64,000 nucleotides of DNA from an uncultured Gemmatimonadales bacterium (GTDB lineage Bacteria; Gemmatimonadota; Gemmatimonadetes; Longimicrobiales; Longimicrobiaceae): the NCBI GenBank assembly GCA_963716255.1, contig OY970303.1, positions 2,688,001 through 2,752,000 of the forward strand, read 5' to 3'. Under the pieces are notes generated by a model. The model had not been told where the DNA came from. It ran no database searches and saw only the letters and a list, made by a program, of their open reading frames with translations. This document shows positions 20,201-29,709 of this stretch, in pieces (positions within the stretch are counted from its first letter, which is position 1; each line of letters opens with the position of its first letter). The position numbers were made by a program, and so were the translations under genes.

Positions 20201-20421
20201 ACAGCTTTCTCCGCGCGGGGGCGCCGGCCACGATAAGCACGCTGTGGGACGTGGACGACGGCACGACCAGGGAGCTGGTCGTCCGCTTCCACCGCCTGCT
20301 GGCCGCGGGGACGCCCGCGGCCGAAGCGCTGCGCCAGGCCCAGATCGAGGCGCTGAAGTCCGCGCAGGCGGAGCGAAGCGCACCGGAGTCATGGGCCGCG
20401 TTCATCTACACGGGACCCTGA
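17224..20421 (+). CDS. TPR + CHAT domain caspase-like protease
   Basis: TPR-like helices, LTIVPDRELYRLPFAAL, catalytic IFHFSGHA and VVLSACSS, FLRAGAPATISTLWDVDD and WAAF. Confidence 0.92.
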   Translation: MHPLTGRPVRLGLLAAAGLLLAYACLREPWASRRLTSMLLHERFTAGRLAGQEAWEPCVLTDADPLVPRTRCGRPPQADTTQARRVRDALRAAREEIQGGSSATTLRAGALLGLRSANASPAHLDSAVARLEQARRRKPRSPVILNDLAVAYLELGERDQQLMPMLRALDAIERAFARESTRPSILYNRALILQRLYMLASADLAWKRYLAVERDPTWRAEAEAHARRLEAAVDTVSWKSLLRSPPAHMNAGARADIAARVRRSPQAAREFGFPLLGEWGTALERGELARAARLLALAREIGAAARALGLDQSVSLAVSAIDAAAGDSLRLRELSRGHVELERGYGLYNQALEARAAPFFERAERALRAAGSPAARWAAFYGAAAALNNVKYANGDRRLRDLLAESELEEPALVGKTLWALGLSQLRRGSYESAGRLYRQATPYIVRAREAENEGAVAVLLAEDLTLAGRPTDGQAEAFRALRMLSPFRRSTYLNSQLTIVASYARSEGLGYAALAVADEMVGVAMGIERPKTKALALCARMRHLIALRRLAHAQADLEQATSWAEKIEPGPGGDRVRAQVQLALGQVTRIRDPRAAIPLLAKAVATYSSFGEELYLPTALYEAALAARAVGKRAQARSWLLRAIEHVERQRASFKGTEDRAAFYETVENVFDEMIGIEMEEGRPEAGFRMLERGRIHAWSAEGRQASSTDAGAIPASLAGIGASLPEDMLFVEYALLPESIVIWTASRRGTKHHTVRVPRESVAALVEEFRRGASVSSPASAAARARLFDLLVRPLGRELGGIRQLTIVPDRELYRLPFAALWDRRAGRYVVERYRVRTVPSAAFYVTAAAKETRGPAGAGSALVVGNPNLDPALASTLPRLPGAAREARVVAGLYPGSVRLSGPAARRDSVVKLMPAHSIFHFSGHAVFNADKPELSYLALAPDRSGTGGILSAREIGGLSLSNVKVVVLSACSSLSPRASRTGAIAGLAYSFLRAGAPATISTLWDVDDGTTRELVVRFHRLLAAGTPAAEALRQAQIEALKSAQAERSAPESWAAFIYTGP

Positions 20422-20451
20422 ACCGTCACCGCCATCCAAAGGAGCCGTGCC

Positions 20452-21375
20452 ATGCCGTTCAACCTGGAAGTGGAATTCTCGGGACTGTGCCTCTACGTGG
20501 TGAGCCAGAAGCTGGACTCCGACGGCAAGCCGGTGTTCGACGGTGAGAAGCCGGTGATCGAAAAGGTAGGCGTGCTGATGCCGGACGCCCGCAGGCGGAT
20601 GGGATTCGACCCCCCCAAGCACCTCGACGAGACTCTGGCGGAACCGCACGTAGGCTACATCCGGCTCAACCTGGCAAACCTCGTCCACGTGATCCCACCC
20701 GGGACCGACACCGATTACAGGGAGCGTCCGGAGTACGAGCTCCTCCACCGGTTCGACCGGCAGGTGCTCGACTTCGACGGCACATTCGAGGCCGGGACGA
20801 TGGAGGCATCGCTCCAGATCCCCGATCTGGGATGCATCTCGAAGAAGCTCAAGCGGATCCCGAAGCTCTTCGAGGCGGACCCGCCCCCGGAGCTCCTGAT
20901 GCGCACCGTGCTGGTAGGCGGGAACCTGCAATCCATGAAGGTTCCGGCGGAAGAGTGGATCATCCCAAGGCGGCTCGACCGCTGTCTCGATAAGCCCTAT
21001 GGGGGAAAGTTCGCCTCCTGGGTGAAGTGGACGCGCAGCGTGGTGTCGGAAACAGTGGAAGTGCGGATCACAGGCTTCGGGGCGACGGAGCCGCAGGCCA
21101 CGTTCTTACTGCGCCCGGCAGAGGGGGAGGACACGGTCTCGGTGAAGATCGCGAACCTGTGTGCGTACAATCCGCTCGAGTGGATGGAGATGAACCCTCG
21201 CAGGGTCGCCGGGCCCGATCTCGACTTCAAGTGGTTCTACAAGCTCGTGACGCCGGAAGTCCCGTACGCGGAGCTGCTCCAGGACGACAAGCTCCCCGTG
21301 CCCGAACCAACGGGAAACAGCCCGGTCACCGGGGCGGAGGATTGCATGCCGGCGAAGATCTCGGGCACCTTCTAG
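20452..21375 (+). CDS. Hypothetical protein in the CHAT locus
   Basis: 307-aa ORF with a clear AAAGGAG RBS. No domain recognised. Confidence 0.8.
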   Translation: MPFNLEVEFSGLCLYVVSQKLDSDGKPVFDGEKPVIEKVGVLMPDARRRMGFDPPKHLDETLAEPHVGYIRLNLANLVHVIPPGTDTDYRERPEYELLHRFDRQVLDFDGTFEAGTMEASLQIPDLGCISKKLKRIPKLFEADPPPELLMRTVLVGGNLQSMKVPAEEWIIPRRLDRCLDKPYGGKFASWVKWTRSVVSETVEVRITGFGATEPQATFLLRPAEGEDTVSVKIANLCAYNPLEWMEMNPRRVAGPDLDFKWFYKLVTPEVPYAELLQDDKLPVPEPTGNSPVTGAEDCMPAKISGTF

Positions 21376-21414
21376 CGAGCCGGGGGACGGCTGCACCGGC
21401 GCAAAGGAGCAGCC

Positions 21415-22977
21415 GTGCCCCCCGCAGGCGAAGGTGCCGGTGGAACGCACGCCCGACCGACGGCGAGGACCCGCCGCCTTGACACCGCCACTCCCGGCCA
21501 TGGGACCGACCAGATCATGAACGATGACCGTACCAGCCGCTGCCTTGATGTTCTCCGTACCGCCCTCGGGGACGATGTCGCCCGCAAGGCGAGCGAAAAG
21601 TTCTGCGAGGCATTCATCCGTCCCCCTCCCGGCACACCCCTGGCGCCGGATGGATTCCCGCGCCTGATGCGCCTCGTCGTAGAGCTCACGCCCTTGCCGA
21701 AGGCACCGGCGGGGTGGCTCGACGCAAAGACCGCGGAGATCGCCGCACTCGCCGCGGTCGAAAGCATGCGGGCACCGGTGGTCGAGTATGCCGGCGGAGG
21801 CTCGTTTCCCGGCGCGACCGATCCGCTCACCCCGGCGGAGATCCTGCGTCGCAAGTGCGCGATCGAGACAAAGGCGCGAAGCGAGGAATACGCGGCTCCG
21901 ATTTTCGGCGCGCTGGCCCGCGCCACCGAAAAATCCATTCGCTCCCACCCGGACGGTGCGGCCGGATTTTACGAGCCGCCTGTGCAGTACTGCTGGATCA
22001 ACCAGACGTTTCCGATCTGGGTCGATCCCCGGGAGCTCGCCGCTGTGGCCGAGCACCCGCGCATCAGCCTGATCGACGTGCCGCGCGTGCTGGAGCCCCA
22101 GATGAAGGAAACGAGCAAGGTGCTGGGCGTACCCTCGTACCGCAAGAAGACCAAGCACACGGGAAAGGGGGTGAAGGTCGCAGTCATCGACTCGGAGGTG
22201 GCGCAGCTCACGTCGGTGTTCCAGAACCGTGTCTCTCGGCGGGTGGATTACACCGGCGAAGGGTGGGGCCATCCGGGCGAGCACGGAACGGCAGTCGCCG
22301 GGATCATCGCCGCCGATTCGAGCGTGGCACAGGGGATGGCCCCGGGAGCGGTCATCTTCAACTACAAGGTGTTCACAGGCGATGCGGTAGGGGATCCCCT
22401 GGATTCGCACGTGGAGATGGCGCTGCAGCAGGCCCTGGAGGACGGCGCCGCCATCGCGAACTGCTCGTGGAAGACCGACGCTTCCCCGAACGGCCAGTCG
22501 CGTGAAGCCCGAGCCTGCGACGCCGTGTGGGCATGCGGGATGGCGGTCGTGGCCGCGATGGGGAACAAGGGCGCAGACGGCGTCCCCGGGACCCTAACGT
22601 GTCCCGCGGACGCCAGGGGCGTGATCGCGGTGGGAGCTACGACGAGGGACGGGGTGGACGTGCCGCTCTACAGCGGCCAGGGCCCCTCCAAGGGCCAAAA
22701 GCCATGCCCGGACCTGGTCGCTCCCGGAGGCAACGACGCGGTGGAGATCCACAGCTTCCCCGTCGGCTTCCCTGGCAGCGGGTCGTTCGGGGAAAACGGG
22801 TGGGGAACCAGCCTCGCCGCCGCCCATGTCTCAGGAATACTCGCGCTGCTGCTGGAGGGCAATCCGGGGCTACTCCCCGACGATCAGCGCAAGCTGCTGA
22901 AGAGCATCTGCCGCAAGCTCGGCTTCTGGCCGACCAACGCGCAGGGGCACGGGATCCCCGACCTCACCAAGCTCTAG
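21415..22977 (+). CDS. S8 family (subtilisin-like) serine peptidase with N-terminal prodomain
   Basis: Catalytic triad motifs VAVIDS, HGTAVAGII and GTSLAAAHVSG, with oxyanion AAMGN. GTG 21415 follows AAAGGAG; an alternative ATG is at 21517. Confidence 0.9.
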   Translation: MPPAGEGAGGTHARPTARTRRLDTATPGHGTDQIMNDDRTSRCLDVLRTALGDDVARKASEKFCEAFIRPPPGTPLAPDGFPRLMRLVVELTPLPKAPAGWLDAKTAEIAALAAVESMRAPVVEYAGGGSFPGATDPLTPAEILRRKCAIETKARSEEYAAPIFGALARATEKSIRSHPDGAAGFYEPPVQYCWINQTFPIWVDPRELAAVAEHPRISLIDVPRVLEPQMKETSKVLGVPSYRKKTKHTGKGVKVAVIDSEVAQLTSVFQNRVSRRVDYTGEGWGHPGEHGTAVAGIIAADSSVAQGMAPGAVIFNYKVFTGDAVGDPLDSHVEMALQQALEDGAAIANCSWKTDASPNGQSREARACDAVWACGMAVVAAMGNKGADGVPGTLTCPADARGVIAVGATTRDGVDVPLYSGQGPSKGQKPCPDLVAPGGNDAVEIHSFPVGFPGSGSFGENGWGTSLAAAHVSGILALLLEGNPGLLPDDQRKLLKSICRKLGFWPTNAQGHGIPDLTKL

Positions 22978-23225
22978 CTCGCCTCCGCTCCCAGCCGGCG
23001 CGGCTGGTCCGGCAGGAGGACCTCGGCGAGCCCGGCCGGGCCGGCGACGCGCTCGGCCGGGATGGGTCCGCACCGCGCGCCCCGCCGGAACCCACAAATT
23101 CTCCCGCCCGCGCGCCACCCCGGCGCCGGGCGGTTTTTCCGCATTGTACCACGAGGGTGCAAAATCCCGGGCGACCGGCTACATTGCCCGCGCACGGCCC
23201 GGAAACCTTCACCGTACTTCTTGGA

Positions 23226-26200
23226 ATGAGCATCTCGACAGGCATCGACGCGCCCGCCGCCGTGACGGTGGACGGGCTCTGCAGCCACCTGGAGCGCACC
23301 CGGCCGGGCGACACCGCCCTGCTATGCGCCTTTGCCCGGATCTTCTTCGCCAAGGTCCCGCGCGCCGTCCTGCAGGAGCGCAGCACGGAGGAGCTCGCCG
23401 CCCTCACCGTGGGCGCCTTCCGCTTCGTGCAGGGTGCCCGCCCCGACGAGGTCAACGTGGAGGTCCTGGACCCCGAGCAGGAGGGGTGGAGCGCCCCGGT
23501 CACGACCATCCGCGCCCAGGTGGTGGACCGCCCCTTCATCGTGGACACCATCCGCGAGTACCTGACCTCTCAGGAGATCGCCATCCACCACTTCGTGTAC
23601 CCGGTGCTGGGGATCCAGCGCGGGCCGGAGGGCGACGTGGAGGCGGTGGGCCGCGCGGACGAGGGCACCACGGCCGAGGCCCTGGTGCACTGCGAGGTGG
23701 AGCGCCTCCCCGCCGACCGGCACGCCCAGGTGCGCGCCGAGATCGAGCGGCGGCTCACCGACGTGGTGGTGGCCACCGCCGACTTCGACGAGATGCTGGA
23801 AGCGGTGGACCGGGTGGCGGAGGCGGTGGAGGGATACGCCGCCGGTCTCCCCGACCACGCCGCCGACCTCCAGGAAGCGCGTCAGTTCCTCTGCTGGCTC
23901 AAGGACGGCAACTTCGTGTTCCTGGGGTACCGCGGCTACGACATCGTGGGCGAGCAGGGCGGGCGCGCGGTGCAGGTGGAGGGGGGATCGGGGCTGGGGA
24001 TCCTCCGCGACGAGCGCCCCTCGCGCTACACCACCCCGGTGCCGCTGGACGACCTCCCGGGCGACCTGCGCCGCCGCGTGGTGGACGGGCCCGTCCTCAT
24101 CATCAACAAAGCCGAGTCCGAGTCCACCGTGCACCGCCGCGCGCGCATGGACTACATCGGCGTCAAGAAGCTGGACTCCGCCGGGAACGTGGTGGGCGAG
24201 CAGCGCTTCCTGGGGCTCTTCACCTCCAAGGCGTACGCCGAGCACGCCGAGTCCATCCCCATCCTCCGGCAGAAGCTGGCGCAGGTCCTCGCCGCGTCGG
24301 GCACCCGCCCCGGGACGCACGACTACAAGGAGATGATCACCATCTTCAACTCGATGCCCAAGGAAGAGCTCTTCCAGGCGTCGGCGGCGGAGCTGGAAGA
24401 GGAGGTGCAGACCGTCCTCACCCTGCTGTTCACGGACGAGGTGCGGGTGATCGTGCGGCCCGACCGCCTGCGCGAGGGCGCCAGCGTGATGGTGATCCTG
24501 CCGCGCGGCCGGTACAGCGGCGAGGTGCGGCGCGTGGTGCAGGGCGCGGTCACCCGCATGCTGGGCGGCACGGTGGTGCACTACTACCTGGCGATGAGCG
24601 CCGGCGACCAGGCGCGGCTGCACTTCTACGTGTCCGCGCCGGAGCGGGACGTGGAAGCGGTGGACCCGCGCGACCTGGAGCGCGAGATCTCGCAGCTGGT
24701 GCGCACCTGGGAGGACCGCCTGCGCGAGGGGCTGGGCGGCGCCGGCGAGGGGACCGAGCTGGCCGACCTGTACGCCCCGGCGTTCAGCGAGGAGTACCGC
24801 GCCGCCAACACCCCGGCCGCGGCGGCGCACGACGTGGTGCAGATGGAGCGCATGCGCCGCGAGGAGCGGCAGGCGGGGGTCGCGCTGCGGAACGCGCCCG
24901 GCGAGCGCTCCGAGGTGGGGCCGGCCACCGTGCTCAAGCTGTACCTGCGCGGGCAGCGGCTGGTGCTCTCCGACTTCATGCCCATCCTGGAGGACGCCGG
25001 GATCCGGGTGGTCGAGATCGACACCTTCGGGGTGGGCGGCGGGGATCTCCCGCGCTCCATGATCTACTCGTTCCTGGTGCAGTCGCGCGACGGCACGCCG
25101 ATCCCGGAGGACAGCTTCGGGGTCCTGTCCGAGATGCTGCTGGCGGTGTGGTCCGGCGACGCTCCCCAGGATCCCTTCAACGCCCTGGTGCTCGGAGCCG
25201 GGCTGCGCTGGCGCGAGGTGGACGTGCTGCGCACCTACGCCAACTACGCCACGCAGATCGGCGCCATCCCCACCCGTACGGCCTCGTCGCGCGCGCTCGC
25301 CAACTACCCCGGGGTCGCGGGCCAGCTCTTCCGCTACTTCGCCGCGCGCTTCGACCCGGCGGCGACCGCCCCGCCCCGCAAGCAGGAATCGCTGCTCGCC
25401 GGGATCACCCGCGAGCTGGAGAAGGTTTCCTCGCTGGCCGACGACCGGGCGCTGCGGCGGCTGGCCGGGCTGGTGGCGGGCACGGTGCGCACCAGCTACT
25501 ACCGCGGCGGCGGCGCGGACCCCACGCGGCGCAGCGGCGGGGTGCCGTACGTGTCCGTCAAGGTGCGCTCGGCCGACGTGGAGGAGCTGAAGAAGTCGCG
25601 CCTGCTGTACGAGGTGTACGTCCGCTCCTCGCGCATGGAGGGGATCCACCTGCGCGGCGCGCCGGTGTCGCGCGGCGGCATCCGCTGGTCCGACCGCCCG
25701 GACGACTTCCGCACCGAGGTGCTGGGGCTGGTTACCACCCAGGTGGTCAAGAACGCCACCATCGTCCCCTCGGGCTCCAAGGGCGGCTTCATCACCAAGC
25801 GCGTCTTCGCCGACCGCGACCAGATGGGGCAGGAAGCGGCGGAGCAGTACCGCACCCTGATGCGCGGCCTGCTGGACCTGACCGACAACTTCGTGGAGGG
25901 GAGGGTGGCGCCCCCGCCCGACGTGGTCCGCTACGACGGCGACGACCCCTACCTGGTGGTGGCCGCCGACAAGGGGACCGCGCACCTTTCCGACGTGGCC
26001 AACGCGGTGGCGGCGGAGTACGGCTTCTGGCTGGGCGACGCCTTCGCCTCCGGCGGGAGCCAGGGCTACGACCACAAGGAAGAGGGGATCACCGCCCGCG
26101 GCGCCTGGGAGTGCGTCAAGCGCCACTTCCGCGAGATGGGCAAGGACATCCAGTCGGAGCCCTTCACCGTCGTCGGCATCGGCGACATGAGCGGCGACGT

Positions 26201-28067
26201 CTTCGGCAACGGGATGCTGCTGTCGCGGCAGATCCGCCTGCTCGCCGCCTTCGACCACCGGCACGTGTTCCTGGACCCGGACCCCGACCCGGCGGCCAGC
26301 TTCGCGGAGCGGGAGCGGATGTTCGCGCTCCCCCGCTCCTCCTGGGAGGACTACGACCGGAGTCTGCTCTCGCCCGGCGGGATGATCGTCCCCCGCGCCA
26401 GCAAGGAGGTGAAGCTCACCCCCGAGGCGCGCGCCGCCCTGGGGCTGCCGGACGACGTGGCGAGCCTGGACGGCGAAGGGCTGATCCGCGCGGTGCTGCG
26501 CGCCCCCGTGGAGCTGCTGTGGAACGGCGGCATCGGCACCTACTTCAAGCACCCGGACGAGACGCACGCGGAGGCGGGCGACACCTCCAACGACCCCGTG
26601 CGCGTGGACGCGGACGAGCTGCGCTGCAAGGTGGTGGGCGAGGGCGGCAACCTGGGCTTCACGCAGCGGGCGCGCATCGAGTACGCGCTGCGCGGCGGGC
26701 GCATCAACACCGACGCGCTGGACAACTCCGCCGGCGTGGACATGTCGGACCACGAAGTCAACCTCAAGATCCTCCTGAACCGGGTGGTGCGCGACGGCGA
26801 CCTCGCGGAGGAGGGGCGCAACGCGCTCCTGGAGGAGATGACGGACGAGGTGTCCGCCCTGGTGCTGCGCAACAACGTGGGCCAGTCGCTGGCGGTGTCG
26901 CTGGACGAGGCGCGCAGCCGCGAGGCGCTGGACGACTTCGCGGCGCTGGTGCTGGCGCTGGAGCGCGACGGACGCCTGGACCGCACGGCGGAGGGGCTCC
27001 CCACCACCGAGACGATGATGGAGCAGGCGCAGAGCGGGCAGGGCCTCACCCGCCCCACGCTCGCGGTGCTGCTGGCCCACGCCAAGCTGTACGCCAAGAG
27101 CAACCTGCTGGCCTCGGCGCTCCCGGACGACCCGGCGATGGAGTCGTACCTGGTAGGGTACTTCCCGCCGCAGGCGGTGGAGGCCGCCGGGCCGGAGCGG
27201 CTGCGCGCGCACCAGCTTCGCCGCGAGATCGTGACCACCGAGCTGGTCAACGACCTGGTGAACCTGATGGGCTCGTCGTTCCTGCACCGGGTGGCGCGGG
27301 AAACGGGGAGCGGGCTGGACGCGGTGGTGCGGGCGTGGACCATCGCCAGCCGGATCTCGGGCGCGGAGGAGATCCGCGCGGACCTGGCCGATGCGGAGAC
27401 GCGCTTCCCCACGGCCGTGGTGTACCGCTGGGGGATGGGGCTGGCGCGGGTCCTGGAGGCCACCACGCACTGGATCCTCGCCAACGTCCCGGCGGAGGCG
27501 GCCACCGCGGCGGCGGCCGAGGAGCTGCGCGAGGGGCTGGCCCGCCTGCGCGGCGACTTCGCGGCCACGGTCACCGGCGAGGACCGCAAGATCTTCCTGG
27601 CGCGGCTGGGCGAGCTCCAGGACCTGGGCGTGGAGCGGACGCTGGGCGAGCGGCTCATCACCCTGCGCTTCCTCCCGCAGCTGCTGGACATCCTGCACAC
27701 CGCGCAGGGCGGCGGGGCGGACCCGGTGGAGACGGCCCGCGCCTACTACCGGGTGTCGGAGCGCTTCGCCACCGCGGAGCTGCGCCAGACGCTGCTGCGG
27801 ATGGCCGGCGACAGCGCCTGGGACAAGCGCTACGCCGCGGCCATGTCCGACGACGTGGGCCGGGCGCAGCGCAGCATCGTGCAGGCGGCGCTGCGCGACG
27901 GCGGCACCGGCGACGGGGTGGACGCCGCGCTGGACGAGTTCACCCGGCGGCACGCCCGCGAGGTGCAGGCGTACCGGGATCTCCTGGAGGACCTGCGCGC
28001 CGACGAGCGGGCGACGCTCGCGGGGTGGGCGCTGGCCGCGCGGACTTTGCGGGGGATCGCGGGGTAA
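23226..28067 (+). CDS. gdhB: Large NAD-specific glutamate dehydrogenase
   Basis: About 1610 aa, with RGGIRWSDRPDDFRTEVLGL, VKNA.IVP.GSKGGF, DDPYLVVAADKGTA, GIGDMSGDVFGNGML and DNSAGVDMSDHEVNLKI. Confidence 0.95.
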   Translation: MSISTGIDAPAAVTVDGLCSHLERTRPGDTALLCAFARIFFAKVPRAVLQERSTEELAALTVGAFRFVQGARPDEVNVEVLDPEQEGWSAPVTTIRAQVVDRPFIVDTIREYLTSQEIAIHHFVYPVLGIQRGPEGDVEAVGRADEGTTAEALVHCEVERLPADRHAQVRAEIERRLTDVVVATADFDEMLEAVDRVAEAVEGYAAGLPDHAADLQEARQFLCWLKDGNFVFLGYRGYDIVGEQGGRAVQVEGGSGLGILRDERPSRYTTPVPLDDLPGDLRRRVVDGPVLIINKAESESTVHRRARMDYIGVKKLDSAGNVVGEQRFLGLFTSKAYAEHAESIPILRQKLAQVLAASGTRPGTHDYKEMITIFNSMPKEELFQASAAELEEEVQTVLTLLFTDEVRVIVRPDRLREGASVMVILPRGRYSGEVRRVVQGAVTRMLGGTVVHYYLAMSAGDQARLHFYVSAPERDVEAVDPRDLEREISQLVRTWEDRLREGLGGAGEGTELADLYAPAFSEEYRAANTPAAAAHDVVQMERMRREERQAGVALRNAPGERSEVGPATVLKLYLRGQRLVLSDFMPILEDAGIRVVEIDTFGVGGGDLPRSMIYSFLVQSRDGTPIPEDSFGVLSEMLLAVWSGDAPQDPFNALVLGAGLRWREVDVLRTYANYATQIGAIPTRTASSRALANYPGVAGQLFRYFAARFDPAATAPPRKQESLLAGITRELEKVSSLADDRALRRLAGLVAGTVRTSYYRGGGADPTRRSGGVPYVSVKVRSADVEELKKSRLLYEVYVRSSRMEGIHLRGAPVSRGGIRWSDRPDDFRTEVLGLVTTQVVKNATIVPSGSKGGFITKRVFADRDQMGQEAAEQYRTLMRGLLDLTDNFVEGRVAPPPDVVRYDGDDPYLVVAADKGTAHLSDVANAVAAEYGFWLGDAFASGGSQGYDHKEEGITARGAWECVKRHFREMGKDIQSEPFTVVGIGDMSGDVFGNGMLLSRQIRLLAAFDHRHVFLDPDPDPAASFAERERMFALPRSSWEDYDRSLLSPGGMIVPRASKEVKLTPEARAALGLPDDVASLDGEGLIRAVLRAPVELLWNGGIGTYFKHPDETHAEAGDTSNDPVRVDADELRCKVVGEGGNLGFTQRARIEYALRGGRINTDALDNSAGVDMSDHEVNLKILLNRVVRDGDLAEEGRNALLEEMTDEVSALVLRNNVGQSLAVSLDEARSREALDDFAALVLALERDGRLDRTAEGLPTTETMMEQAQSGQGLTRPTLAVLLAHAKLYAKSNLLASALPDDPAMESYLVGYFPPQAVEAAGPERLRAHQLRREIVTTELVNDLVNLMGSSFLHRVARETGSGLDAVVRAWTIASRISGAEEIRADLADAETRFPTAVVYRWGMGLARVLEATTHWILANVPAEAATAAAAEELREGLARLRGDFAATVTGEDRKIFLARLGELQDLGVERTLGERLITLRFLPQLLDILHTAQGGGADPVETARAYYRVSERFATAELRQTLLRMAGDSAWDKRYAAAMSDDVGRAQRSIVQAALRDGGTGDGVDAALDEFTRRHAREVQAYRDLLEDLRADERATLAGWALAARTLRGIAG

Positions 28068-28112
28068 GGCGTTGCGGCGGTTCTGAACGGCAACGGCTTT
28101 ACGACAGGGTTC

Positions 28113-28240
28113 GGGCGTGCCCCCGGCTGGCGCCGGGGTCGGGCTTCGGCTCCGTAAGCGAGCAAACAACGCTCGCTAACGGAGTCGAGCCCCGGCAAAC
28201 TGCGCCGGGTCTCGCCCCTTCGGGCCGGAATCCCTCACGC
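28113..28240 (+). repeat. Family-A structured repeat, copy 4
   Basis: Stem AGCGAGC/GCTCGCT with loop AAACAAC. Confidence 0.95.
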
Positions 28241-28843
28241 GGGCGGCGGAGGCGGAGCGTGCGACGATTGGGGTGAGCCCCGCCGGACCTGTCCGGTGGG
28301 GCTCGCTTTTGCTATGCTCCTCCGGCACCCGAGCGTCGCCCAGGCGCTCCCTCCCGCGACGCCGAAGGGAGCGACCACCGGCACGCCCGCAGCCCATCCC
28401 CCCGCAACGCCCACGAGCGCCCCCGCGCCCGCTCCGAGCAGCGCGCGTCCGAAACGGTCCAGGTACGTGCACCCGTCCCCCATCTCCGGAATCGCGGCGA
28501 ACACCGCCGTCCCCACCACCGCGCCCGCCACCCCGCCGAGGAGCGCCGGCACGAGCCCGGGGTCTTCGCAGCCGGTGCAGTGCGGGAAGGCCGCGTACGA
28601 CGCCGCGCCCACGCCCAGCGCTCCCGCCACCATCCCCAGCCCGCCGAGCCCCGCCCGCGCGATGAAGCGATCGCCGCGGCCGGATGGCCGCGCCGACGAA
28701 TCGGCAGCGGCCTGGCTGGTGGACAGAGCGCCCTCCGACCCGTAGGCGGCCTCCACGGCGGGGAAGGCCGCGTCGGCGCGGAGCTGCGCGTGGGCGGGAG
28801 CGGCGAGGAGCGCCACCGCGACGGCGAGCAGAAAGAATCGCAT
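28235..28843 (-). CDS. Hypothetical secreted/membrane protein with Gly-rich helices
   Basis: Signal MRFFLLAVAVALLAAPAHAQ and GxxxG-rich segments. The stop codon lies inside repeat copy 4. Confidence 0.65.
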   Translation of the reverse strand: MRFFLLAVAVALLAAPAHAQLRADAAFPAVEAAYGSEGALSTSQAAADSSARPSGRGDRFIARAGLGGLGMVAGALGVGAASYAAFPHCTGCEDPGLVPALLGGVAGAVVGTAVFAAIPEMGDGCTYLDRFGRALLGAGAGALVGVAGGWAAGVPVVAPFGVAGGSAWATLGCRRSIAKASPTGQVRRGSPQSSHAPPPPPA

Positions 28844-28893
28844 GAAGCCGGTTCCGGGGTGCGGAGAAAAGGCGGACGTGTGAATCCGAGGGG

Positions 28894-29709
28894 CTAGCGG
28901 GAGCGGGGCGGACGTCCGGCGCCGCGGGACGGCGGGGAGGACGGGCGGCGCGGGCCGCCGCCGGTCGCGGCGTCCAGGGCGGCGACCTCCTCCGGGGCGA
29001 GGCGGCGGTAGGCTCCCCGGGGCAGATCGCCCAGCGCCAGCGGGCCGACGGCCACCCTCACCAGCCGCAGCACCTCCACGCCAAGCGCCTCCAGCAGCCG
29101 ACGGATGTGGCGGTTCTTTCCCTCGTCCAGCACCACCTCCAGCCAGCTGTTTCGGGTCCCGGCGCGCAGCAGGGCGGCCCGCTTCGCCGCGAGGAAGTCG
29201 TCCCCGGCGGCCACGCCCTCCGTCATGCGGCGCAGCAGCGCGTCGTCTGCGACGCGGTCCACCTGCACGTGGTACGTCTTGTCCAGGTGAGTGGCGGGCT
29301 CGGTGATGCGCGCCGCCCAGCGGGTGTCGTTGGTGAAGAGCAGCAGCCCCTCGCTGGCGCGGTCCAGCCGCCCCACGGGGGCGAGGAAGGGGAGCCCCGG
29401 GTCGTTGAGGAGATCGAAGACGGTGCCGCGGCCGCGCTCGTCGGAGGCGGTGGTCACCAGGCCGCGCGGCTTGTTCAGCGCCAGGTAGACCCACTCCTCC
29501 GCGCCCACGGGCGCCCCGTCCACCTCGATGCGGTCGCGGTCCGGGTCCACGCGCAGCTCGGCGTCCCGCCGCACCGTGCCGTTCACGCGCACCCGCCCCT
29601 CCGCCACCAGCGCCCGGCCCTGCGACCGCGAGCAGAAGCCCAGCTTGGAGAGCGCCCGCGCCAGGCCCACTCCGGGGCGGCGGTCCGGGGCGGGGCCGGA
29701 TCTGCGCAT
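28894..29709 (-). CDS. rRNA pseudouridine synthase (RsuA/RluB family) with S4 domain
   Basis: LARALSKLGFCSRS, LNKPRGLVTT, catalytic VGRLDRASEGLLLFTND and EGKNRHIRR. Confidence 0.92.
   Translation of the reverse strand: MRRSGPAPDRRPGVGLARALSKLGFCSRSQGRALVAEGRVRVNGTVRRDAELRVDPDRDRIEVDGAPVGAEEWVYLALNKPRGLVTTASDERGRGTVFDLLNDPGLPFLAPVGRLDRASEGLLLFTNDTRWAARITEPATHLDKTYHVQVDRVADDALLRRMTEGVAAGDDFLAAKRAALLRAGTRNSWLEVVLDEGKNRHIRRLLEALGVEVLRLVRVAVGPLALGDLPRGAYRRLAPEEVAALDAATGGGPRRPSSPPSRGAGRPPRSR

Noticed and set aside
23144..28276. 1710-aa (+) and 1615-aa (-) ORFs overlapping gdhB, and similar long shadow ORFs elsewhere (e.g. 37013-41068)
   Set aside because: They are alternative-frame or antisense ORFs caused by scarce stop codons in GC-rich DNA. 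They are Arg/Gly/Pro-biased and carry no motifs.
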